A stretch of DNA of 64,000 nucleotides from Lingula anatina (lineage: Eukaryota > Animalia > Brachiopoda), in NCBI GenBank assembly GCA_051362555.1, contig CM120642.1:23188001-23252000 (forward strand), read 5' to 3'. Positions 36,801 to 48,050 of this stretch are shown here, piece by piece. The position numbers and the translations under genes were made by a program. Within the stretch, counting starts at the first letter, position 1; each line of letters opens with the position of its first letter. The notes under the pieces are model-generated. The model saw only the letters and a list, made by a program, of their open reading frames with translations, made no database searches and was not told the DNA's origin.

Positions 36801-38468
36801 TTAGCGAGAAACCCCTTGGGGATAGATCGATCCACAGTAAGCGCTATAGGGTCTGGGAATGGTCCCCAATTTTTCTGTAAAACATTCCTAATGAACACAA
36901 TGCAGAGCGTGAAACTGAACAAGTTTAGCGTATCACCTTCGTCTATTCACTGTCAGTCCGTCAAAACGTCTCGTCAAGTACAAAGAGAAAGACAGAACAT
37001 TGCATGTATTTGTTAATTTGTTGACAGAACGTTGACAGCTGTCAACCCAAACATAACACGTCACATCAAAAGTGACAAGTGCAGCAAGCGCACGTGCTTA
37101 CATACAAAGATTAACGGTGATCCAACATCCTGCAAAACTAACAAAAGTTAGGAATTTTATTTGTTTGAAACGAAACGGTCGATATATCACTAACTTGAAA
37201 GTTTAGTTTAATTGTTATCAAGATTATTTTCCACAACTGACTGAATCTATACATCTCGTTTTCTTTCATATACACAGGTTTCCATCGATTTTTTGTAAAG
37301 CTTTGTTACGGAAATATTATGCACTGACATTGAAGTGGAATTCTGTGTTGTGTTCAAAGTTGTTAGATTGACATTGATGGTAATTATCTACAATCGATAA
37401 TTGAAACAATCCTACAGAGACAATCGTTTGTGGGTTAGCCTCCTTTTTCTGGTCTGCATTTTGCATCAGGTCACCGTCAGATGTATACTTCTTAGAGTTA
37501 ATTCTGAGCAATGCATGTGTCATCTTTAAGTCCATAGTATCACCCCACTTCATTCGATCCAGTTTATGTAATGTGACGGCAATGTGTTTGTAACTCTCCT
37601 GAAACGATAATATAGACCAAAAATCATATATTTGGATATTTCGTATGATAAAGCACTAAAGTTTCAGTGTATTATTTGCTTGCAGAAGAGATGAGCTATC
37701 AAAATAATTACTGCACAATGTGTTCAATGACCAGAGGGATAAATAGATCAAATTTGAAGAAGGTGCACTATTAAAGCTATTTTTGCTGACTATGTGACTG
37801 ATTTGGTTTATCCTTTGGCAAATTGACTTTATTTGATCCGTATAAAAATTAGTAGAAGTGGTTTATATACCTTACAGAGGTTTATATGCCTACTCTCGCT
37901 TTATGTGTATATGTAAAGAAATCCTATGGCCTACATCGGACTAAAATTGAGAACTGACAGATCGTCAAAGACATAACTCAATAGCCACTGAATACTTTTA
38001 AAAATAATGGAAAATTCTTTAAAACTAACTCTGCCATTGGCATTATTGACTTTCAATGAACTACGACAATTTACAACAATTTAATGCAATTTTGTTAAAA
38101 TTTCTTTGTGAAATCACGAGACCTGAATACGGACAGAAAAATGCCACATTTCTAAAACTGTTGAATTTTTTTCACTTGAGTTTGATAGATAATTATCTTT
38201 AAACCCTATATTTACAGACAGAGGTGCAATATTCCAAAAACATCGAAACACGAGATACGCAGGGAATACGACGAGCCATTGGTCCACGCCGTCAAAGATA
38301 CACTGCGCTGCTAAGTGTTTGGAATCGTGGGTTTGCACCGGATTTAATTTTGTCGATCGTCCGTCAACTTTGCCTGATGTCCCTATTTGTGAGACAGCGA
38401 TGGACTTTCCGCTAGCAAGCCAGAATTTGGTTGTGTCAGAGGAGTATGCATTCCATGAAAAAATATAA
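33897..38468 (+). CDS. Secreted Cys-rich protein: signal peptide + two PCSK9-C-terminal/resistin-like modules + PAN/apple domain (258 aa, 5 coding exons)
   Basis: Exons 33897-33981, 34778-34968, 35377-35513, 36203-36315, 38218-38468 (TAA); GT-AG introns in phases 1,0,2,1 give a continuous frame. Module 1: TVYGAQS...ATCPDGYVIRSCEC...CDGS...TCVSYNA...AKATC. Module 2: ATCPPMFAMVSCSVHSAW...TCTAIGCGGRGCHISLRC. PAN: HCAAKCLESWVCTGFNF...ICE. Confidence 0.85.
34177..34332. mobile_element. hAT-like MITE (CAGGCCCGTAGCCAG termini)
   Basis: CAGACCCGTAGCCAG...CTGGCTACAGGCCTG; related to 40480-40651 in the opposite orientation. Confidence 0.65.
36628..36866. mobile_element. Palindromic MITE, family A
   Basis: AAGAACTGGGTTACCATACCTAGATCGATC ... 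GATCGATCC...GGGAATGGTCCC; core TCTGGCACGCCTAC / GGGCGTGCCAGACA. Confidence 0.75.
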
Positions 38469-39028
38469 AGCGGACAATACACGTCGAAATGTACGTTAGA
38501 ATTATCACGTCAAGATTGTCAGTTTTAGGAGTTTCCTGTTGTTTAACTCTCACGTGGGTATGTAGAACCATTTGTAGACAATTGCAAGGAAATTGACTTA
38601 ACACTAAAAATAAATTTGACTGGAGTGCTTTTATATTAGAGTTCCTTTAAAGGAGTACCAGACTGTGCCTTCGGGGCAACTATCGACAGTCTGCCAACAT
38701 TCAACGATCTGAAACACCACATAGATCAATGTAATGATCATTTTCAATTCAACCCTTTACTCATCTAGGAAAGCTGCCGGTGTTCTCATGTCGCAGTGGC
38801 CTATTACGAAGATGGTCATATAACTGGAATAGTTGATCTTTCAGCCCTGCATAACTTCATGATCCTCTGAGCAATAATACATGTGAAGTCATTTTGTGAT
38901 GAGAAAATAGATCAAGGCACGTATATATATTTTGCTTGAACAAAACAGTTAAGTTGGGATAAATAGAAACTAAATATAGTTTCAGTCAAGTGGGATCAAT
39001 CGATCCGATTTGGGCCATTGGTTTACAT

Positions 39029-39762
39029 TACCCTCTACCAGGGCCACAGATTGATTTTTCACTAGATATTTTAATATTAAATTAAAATTCAATATTAATT
39101 AAAAGGCTGCGTTCACATGTAAAATCTATTTTCTAAAAATCTAAAAATCTGTTTGCGGTATCTTGTGATCACGGTCTGTGCCCCGAATACCCCACAGCGT
39201 AATTACGGGCAGCGCGAGCCAGTTACTTACAAAGCTGTAATTAATTCTCGGCGCTGCCAGTAATTACGCCGCGGGGTATTCAAGACACAGACAGTGATCA
39301 CAAAATACCGCAAATAGATTTTCAGATTTTTAGAAAATAGATTTTGCATGTGAACGGTCCCTAACAGATATGTCTCTGGTTTAACAGCTGGCTAATTTCT
39401 GCACTGTGACCCTGTTCTGAAATCTCAAGGATGATTACATGGCTTGTAATTGTTTACATATAATAGCTACTCAGGCACTGTCACTTAGCAAGCCCCTGCC
39501 AAGTCCCCTTGACAGTAATCAAGACAGTTAACTGCTCATCTGGACAATAAAAACAGCCCCTCAGAAGACAGACAAGACAAGGCAGGTTGCGTAACAAGCG
39601 CTTATTACATTGGCGCGAAGCCCAGCTCTCACTGAGCTCTTGCAGAGCAGGTACAATGCCATCTGCGCGCGTGCAGATTTAATTGCTCCCATCTGGCCAA
39701 ACGTGACAGGGTCGCCTCAGCAAAAATGTCCACAATAATAACTGCGGCCCTGGTAGAGGGTA
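39029..39762. mobile_element. Non-autonomous Mutator-like DNA transposon (9-bp TSD)
   Basis: TIR TACCCTCTACCAGGGCC(A/G)CAG (20/21 match), flanked by an exact 9-bp duplication GGTTTACAT (39020-39028 and 39763-39771). Confidence 0.85.
39105..39361. mobile_element. Palindromic MITE (PIF/Harbinger-like) nested in the Mutator-like element
   Basis: ~100-bp arms GGCTGCGTTCACATGTAAAATCTATTTTCTAAAAATCT... / ...AGATTTTTAGAAAATAGATTTTGCATGTGAACGGTCCC. Confidence 0.8.
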
Positions 39763-40479
39763 GGTTTACATTACAAAACTTACAATCTAATGCAGGAAGC
39801 AGCATAACAGCATTGTGGTTGGTGCGACGGGCCGAGCTCAGCTAGTGCAATATAGCTTCCAGTTGCATCTAACAGTACATGTAATTGTAAAAAGTTTGAT
39901 GTGTGCTTATATATCTAATAAAATTATTTTTATCTTTCCTCCAAAATAGTTGTAGTCCAATGTTAAGTCAGTTAAGAAAATCCACACGCCTGTTTTGTCA
40001 CGCTATATCTTTCAGTGTTCTTAAATTTGCTCCAAATAGGGGATGTTAATGGAAAAGGACATTGCAACAAATCCACAGTGCAACACTATACATTTTTCTT
40101 TTTAACGTTTTGCGAACATTTTTTATTTCGATCGCATTTTCAAGTTTTCTCTACTCCGTGCTTAGAGGTTTATAATGATACATACTTCTGGTGCGTATTC
40201 ATTATTTTATATGTAGGGTTTAAACTACATGTACTATCGCAGGGTTGGGCCACTTAAAGGTACTTTGTTATGTCATAAAGGAATAGACGCTCCCACAACA
40301 TTGTTTAATGCTTCAGTATCCCAAAATCAATAAAACAATAAAATAAAGAGAAAATAATGACATTTCAAACTTTTAAAACAATAGAATGGTGAGCAAATCA
40401 GAGACCACACCTGCTGTTATATATCAAACACCACCCAGCAGTTCTCCCATTCCTCCTACATGAATATTCAATTAGAACT

Positions 40480-40651
40480 CAGGCCCGTAGCCAGGGGGGG
40501 TTCGGGGGGTTCGAAAGAACCACCCTTTTTGCTGGGAAAAGGTCCACTCTGGGTAAAATTTTATCTATGTACTTGAGGATTTTATGGTAAAAGGTCCACT
40601 TTTTCAGAAAACGACCCCCCCCCCCCTCTGAAATTGCTGGCTACGGGCCTG
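40480..40651. mobile_element. hAT-like MITE
   Basis: Perfect TIR CAGGCCCGTAGCCAG / CTGGCTACGGGCCTG. Confidence 0.75.
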
Positions 40652-42727
40652 GAACTTCAGGTCTACTTACTAAAACTTTTTAAAATCACGAATGGTTCTT
40701 CATTCATTCCTTACTCCATCCGTAGGATAAATTGAAAGTTAGTTGTTGGCATATGTATTTTAATGCCATTGTTCGAACAATTATTGTATCTGGATTCTGT
40801 TAAATATTTGAACCCCCACCCCAAATTGACCTGTGCATTTACATGTACAAGATTTGCTATTCTTCTGAGTAATAATGCTGAAACAATACTGAAAACAGTT
40901 GAGACTGTTATAAGAATTTCAAACACTGTTGCATGTTATTATTTTGAGTGCATGTACACTATATGTAACTTTTATTGGCGACAATATCAAACTTGAGCGG
41001 ACAAAGATTTCCTTATAGCTTTTGGCAGTAATGCGTCAACAACCTCTTATATAAGGTCATTCGGGGGAGAGGGGAGGGCGAATGAACTGGAGAATAACCC
41101 TTTTTTGTCAACTCAAGGGGGGGGCTTTAGGGGCACACATTGGAAAACCTATAGCTCGACTAACAAAAGTATGTCTACAAAAAAAAAAGAGCCACTGCGT
41201 GTACAATGTGTATGTGTGTGAGGTGGGGGGGGGGGGGTGAAGTGGTCTGTTTGACCTCTCATGGACGTGACAGAAGTTGGCAAGCATGTAAGAACATTCA
41301 AGAATGTACTTATACTCTACGGATAAATATCTTTATATCTCATTTCTCTGCTTGGTTATGAGACCATCCTGTATTTAAATTTGATCATGTGTTTAACGGT
41401 AGCGGTTTAGCGGGAGACTGATTCCACTATGCTTCATGCAGGGGCTCACGCAACTGCACATCGAAGATTAAGAGAAAGTCCGATTTCTCTGCTCTTAGCT
41501 CGTCGTTCGGTTTTTACGAAAAATTGCACAAAAAGCTAGCGTATAGGCAAGTACTCCATCCTGAATTCACGTATTCATACGTGTTAGGTACCGGTTTCGA
41601 AAAATAAAACGTCAAGAGTGAATTTATCTAAACGTGCGCGATCTGATGCAAATGTGTCTTGCTATATTTGAAAATGAGGCCATTGACTTCTGTGAAGTAA
41701 ATCATCTCTTTGCTCGTTCTAAATTATGATCTTTTTAATCATCTTGTAATTTAAGAGTTTATCTCTGTGTAAACACAGACTAAAATATGAAATATGACAC
41801 GGCCTTATCTGCGTGAGAAGAATATACAAAACGTTTTCTTCTTTTGTTACGATAATTCTGCCAACGTCTCTTGGGTTTATTGTTAGCGTAGTGTAGACCT
41901 AATGTTGTCCAGGTCAGGATTCGGGTAATGCCATTTCATTTCCTGGGGCGTATTGGTACTAGACCAGATTCTCAAAGAATGTTTTAAGTCTGCAGTGATA
42001 GCGGTTGAACTGTCCTTGGTTAAAGCTAGATTTAAGTTGAATCCTCACTAGGTTAAATTATACATGTAATTTCATTGTATCCCACTTGGATCAGATTTAG
42101 ATTTTTTTACAGTTTCTCTGGAGGACCGTGACGTCATATGTACCTGTAACTACATGGGATTGAAAAATTTTGTTTACATGTAAATGCCAGTTCTTAAATT
42201 TTGGAGTCCGGGTGTTTTTCAAAAAGTGAGGTGTATTCCCCTTTATGGTGAAACATGACAGCATCTTAAAAGAATGCCAAGTTAAAACAAATTTGGGGTA
42301 TTAAAAAAAATCATCATGGAGGCTTAGAAATAAATATTGAATGTCGCTAATACATTTCATTATTCTGCATTATCCTAATTCAACAGCAAAATCTAAAATA
42401 ACGTTAAGAATTAACGTGTTTATATTTGCGAATATGTTACCTATAGTACACAATTCTAAAGCTTTAGATTTCTGTTCTGTAAATTAATTAAGCACGTGAT
42501 TTAGGACAAAGAACCAGCAGACGTTCTTATCTGAACTTCCCCCAACCTAGCTGTTTTTTTTTTTTTCTTTTTTTTAAATCTATCAAGGGACAAGAAGTAG
42601 GGGGCGGCTGCGGCTTAATTCCCTCACACAGGTTTATAACCCCTCGTACTGCAGCATAAAACACTAACATTTGATAATAAATTTTAGTAAAACTCATGAA
42701 ACTTTTACGCATTGCTATTTTTAGTCG

Positions 42728-42920
42728 GTGAAATCCCTAAAGTCAGACTAATGGTATGGACTATGTTCTCCGCCAAAACTGGGACAACGCACCATACATT
42801 CGCACACACAAGCGTCTCATGCCAAAGTTTAATAAGATCCGCTCTCGCTCAAATCCTACGTCATGAGTAATCTTGGAGGAAGTAGGTCAAACTGGTGCTT
42901 GTACATTTCATTTGCTCATT
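42728..42920 (+). promoter_or_regulatory. Candidate promoter of the PGRP receptor gene
   Basis: kappaB-like GGGATTTCAC (- strand, ~42729-42738), CRE/AP-1-like TACGTCATGAGTAAT (~42857), AAGTAGGTCA half-site and Inr-like TCATTT upstream of the candidate first exon. Motif matches only. Confidence 0.3.
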
Positions 42921-43028
42921 TCACTGCACAGTCATAACGCCAGCTCTGCCGAGGGGAAGATGCTGTCAGATTCTGAGGATTTGTACCAATTATTCTAGGA
43001 TATCAAGGAAAACAAAAACGACACCAAT

Positions 43029-45447
43029 ATGAGGAGTAAAGGAAAAGGAGGTAGGTGAATGAAGTGGGCTCTTAGTTTCTTTGTAAGCGAGACCAGTATG
43101 GAAATATTTTATTTACAAGAAGTCGATGTAGACCTGATGAGTGTCGCTACACAGCGGCTTTGTTTCAGCGCGGTGGAGCGCAGGCGGTTTTACGTTGCGA
43201 CTGGATCTGGTTAACACTTCCCCGCACCTCATGTTTGCGTGTTTACGAGGCCAAGTTTACTCTAACTGAGAGAATTTTCATTCATTTCTTGCCGCCCGTG
43301 ACAAGATAAGTTAAAAGTTTGTTAACTGGCAAATATATTTCTAAGATGTCTTGTTTAGAACCATGTATTCGACCACTGTTTAATATTTTATCCACGACAC
43401 CCCCAAATTGATCACACCTGTTGATACTTTGAAGGGAAGTCTGGATAAACACGTGCGTTTGTCTGTTCAGTTTCAATGTCAACAATGATATTTTGATCTG
43501 CCTTAAACACTAGTCTTCTCTAGTTCCTTAAAGTAATTGATTGTACAAAATGATGACAAATTATCCTTGACATTTTGTGTCAACGTAAAGAATTTAACAT
43601 TAACTTGTCATTCTTTTTTGCACATGATCTTTATAACATAATCTGTTTTAATGTAGAATCGGTATTTGTCATCGTTTTTATAAAGCAGTTTTTATTGCTC
43701 TAAATTTTTTTTCGCTCAGATATTTGACTTCAAAACAGTTTGGCTGTATCAATTGTTCTGTCTGTCTGTCTGTCTGGGCAGTAAATACATAAATTTTAAA
43801 CTTTTAATATTCAAATAAAAGACAGTGGGGTTCAGTGTAGTTATCTTAGGTAGATATAGACCACGCCAGAAGGCGCTAGACTGGCTTAGTATAAATACAT
43901 GCCGAGTCAGCACGAAGAGCAATGGGATCTGAGCGTCTAATCTACGAAATTAATACAATCAAGATTCTTGATACAATCCATAAGTGTTTATGAGCGAGAT
44001 TTATTTCATGATTAATTTCTTTGTCAGTAAACATTATACGTATTCCATATTCCCACAAAACAAACACAGGGTAATGATGTCATTAAATGGTTTTTGATAT
44101 CATAAATGCCTTGAACGAGGTCAAAACTGAGCTAGGCTAGATGGTCGAGGCTGATCAAGAGCGCGCCTCGTACGATCGTCTTGAGAGATCCAGCTGGGGT
44201 TATAATCTTCACATTCTCTCATTCTGATGTCAGTAGATTTTAAAATACTATACAAAATTAAAGTATAGATACAATAAATTAGTTACAGACCTCTAGCGGA
44301 CCCTGTGGTCAGAGTGCACCCTCATCCTTGATTCAAAAATGAATGCGAAAACACGTTGTCAACATGTACCTAATATATAGGTAACTGTTGAAAGGACTTT
44401 GTGACTTGTCTACCACGGTGAAGTACTGAGAAAAAAAGCTCCACGATTGCATAGACACGTATTATAGCCTATTATAAAAAATATTGGGTTTGCGCTCAAA
44501 GCCACATTGATGTTATTTGTTAATGCTAAACACGGATTGCATAATTCATCGTTCGTTCTGAAAGGAAAGGACGTCTTAATGACAGTATGGCAGAGAGGGC
44601 CAGCATCAGCTCCTTCTTGTTTTTGACTTGGGTGTGTTTTATAGGGAGAGAGAGAGAGAGAGAAAGACCTGATGTGTGGCAAAGCGTGTCTTAAACCATC
44701 TTTCTTCTGACGCAGCTCGAGTGCAAAATTATTCACAAAGACTGTTATGTTTAGGGCCAGTGAATGATGTCGTGTCATTTTACAATTACTCCCCTTGTGT
44801 TTTTGTCCATCAGCATGGTAGCACTGCGTTTTGTTACTTTTCATGATTTTCGATCTCAGACTACGTATTGTTTTCTTGTTCAAAATTGGAATTCACTGTA
44901 CGATTGTATGTGCTACACGTAGACTGTTCTTTTTTTACGCATTACAGTACATTTTACTGTATAGTTCATCATAATATAGGCTACAATGCAGTGAATATAG
45001 TAGTGGAAAAATTCAGACTCCCGAAATGTTTTTGTGGGTGTCGCGTTGAAGTTGATGGGGAAAATGTGACTCACAGGGGGGCGGATTGGGAGGGGTGCGG
45101 CAGTTACTGTGACCTTCACATTTCAAATGGGGATCCAGATATCAATATGCATGATAAAAACCTATGGAAACCACCAAGTATACAAACAGACATTGAAATT
45201 AGATATTTGCATCCGACATTGGTGGATAAATAAATAAAGGGGAATCTCCGTTTGAAATGTAGTCAACGCATCACCGGTAACTATTGAGTTATAACGTAAC
45301 AGAAGAGATAACGGCACAGAGAACCAGGATGCCAGAGGAAAGGAGTGTGCCGATTACATTCCAGACAGCGACCTCTAGCAGACCCCTTAATCACGAAATT
45401 GAGCCCAGCGATTGATTGCAGTAAGCCGTTAATTTTTGCAATGAAAA

Positions 45448-45524
<77 letters not shown>

Positions 45525-48011
45525 GCACGTGCGACATTCGCATTCTAATTTATATCGACGACCTGCATAATTAAATTAATCAGACATACGGCTCGATTAA
45601 TGATCAAGCATTTCATACTTTTATAATCCAACACAGATAACATAACATGTCCTGGGCAAAAAAAGCACATTTTATGCCGGATAACCGGCTTCTGAACAAT
45701 GTAGGGCATATCACGATCCAGATGACGAATGGTCCAGGAACTAAAGGCTTCGACAAGCGTTCAACACAAGCGTTTGTTTTAAATGCAGCTTCAAAATTAA
45801 TGGCCAGTAAAGGTACAAGCTGTAACCCCAGAGTCATCATTATCCCTCTAACTCAAAAAGAATGACCAATTGCTCGTGGTCACGCACGTATAGGACATCT
45901 ACAAGTCATCCAAAGTGTGTGAAGGGGAAGGTGGGGGGGGGGGTCATCTTCAAAGCGCCTCTTCGATACGTTTTTCACAGATCGTGAATGAAGTTTCATT
46001 TGGCTTTACATTTTTCTCTTTTTTCATCAGTTGATTTATTTATTTATCTATTTAAGAGCCATATAGATAGAGCGACTTTACGTGTGTCCTTGAGATGCTG
46101 CCGTTGCCTAATGACCCTACCCCAAAACTTCTGATGTACTTTCGTTATGCTGTTTACGTCAGATAAACAACGCGCGATTCACGGAAATGAACCGGGAAGA
46201 AAATATGTAAATCAACGTGATTGGTGCTTTGAAAAGTGTAAGACTTAAAATATCTGGAAGCTTAATTTTAACAGAAATATGCTCCTTACATGAATATAAT
46301 ACCGAGTAGTATCACAATTAATTCGGCACATTGGATTTAAATTGAATAATTTGAAATTAAACCAAATGTCACCATGTCAATCATATACATGTACATGTCG
46401 TTCGGTTGACATACTAGTAGCAGACGTCTGTTGCTGTGACTGGGCATTCCCCAAATTTATTTCACTGAGCTTGCCTCAGGGACCAACATTAAATCAATGG
46501 AAGCATTGTTCATAAAATAATATTACAGTAGCAGACAGTGTTACAGTAGAGAATTACGGGGTCAGTTTTATGACTTAAGCAAAACAGCATTCATTATTTG
46601 ACCGTAGCAGTGGGTAACGTCCCTGTGTGGCGAATAAGGACCTCGTCTAAAAATCGGTAAGTATAAATAAAAGCACGGTTTTGTTCAAGTGGACACCTCA
46701 AATTCTAAAACAAATCGCGTTTTATATCAATATAAACAAGTCGTCGAGAGAAGTACTGAAGAAGTCACCGAGAAATGTCAAAGTGCTATTGCGCCATAGA
46801 TATTCGTATTATACGGTATAAAACAAACAGGAATATTGCCGAAAGAAAACTGGAGACCAAGAAAACTGGACTCACTATTAGGGTTTGGAAGATTTCCAAG
46901 GAAGTGGTGATATTTTTCAGCGTAATGTATGAATCACACTTGAAACGCTTGTTGTTTAGAGTGTGTCAACCCAAAAAAATATTTGTTAATAATTTTTTTC
47001 ATTCACGTATCTAAAATAGATACCACCAGTCATCTGAGAGTACGTGTACTAAACAGATCAAAACTCTTTATTAGCGTACACTGTTGATGAATGTATATGT
47101 TGATGTCGCTGTTCATTTCTTTCCATCAGGCCTTGTTGTGCCTATACTGGAGACAGAGAGGGTGAGGACAAGGAGCTCCACTCCTCTCTGTTCTTCGCTT
47201 TTGCGTGGCAACCATGCTATAAACAGGTCCAACCTGGTAAGGAAACACCTACGCCTGTCCACAAATCGATATTCGATCCAGCTTAACCGCGGTTTGATGA
47301 AAACCGCACCGCCACTGTCATGCTTAGAAATGAAGAAAAAAGTGGACACACCATGATGCATTCTGTAAACCGACTTGATTATTTTAACTCTACTAATTAA
47401 GCCTTTGAAATAACCAAACTTTGAAAGACCACACCCTCTGAAATTAAAAAAAAACGTTTCTGTTTAACAAATTAAGTTATTTTATCTCTATAGAACTGAG
47501 TCAGTTAAGTGGCATTAAATCGGCCGGTTTAACTCCGAGATTCTATCTTGGACATGGCGAGACAAGTGATTACCGGATGAGATGACTTATCTCTCCAATA
47601 GTACGTGATGTATGATAAAGAAAATTAAACATTTCATAAAAACTAGAGCTAATTACTCACGACTCCGCTGTGCATCAGATATACCTTTACTTATTATACG
47701 TGTGTCAGTGAGTAAGCACGCGCGTGTGGGGAAAGGAAATAGATAGCACGCGCGCGCGCGTGTGTGTGTGTGTGTGTGTGTGCCAGAGGGGAGAGTACCC
47801 CCATATGGGTCTTTAAGAAATCTTCATCACTGATGTAATTCGTTGTCTTGCAGTATAATGTAGGCCTTTACCTAGTAAAAATGAAAACCAGAAGCGGTAA
47901 TACAACTGGTAGGTGTAGAAGTCTAAAGCAGAATGGGTCTTTCATGGATGACGCAGAGATATGATTTTTTTAGTCATTGATTATTCATTATTTTCGGAGA
48001 CAGAGGCAGAA

Positions 48012-48050
<39 letters not shown>

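Noticed and set aside
44410-45233. 157-aa (-) and 121-aa (+) ORFs in the receptor's first intron
   Set aside because: No recognisable domain, non-ATG starts, and one spans a GA repeat.
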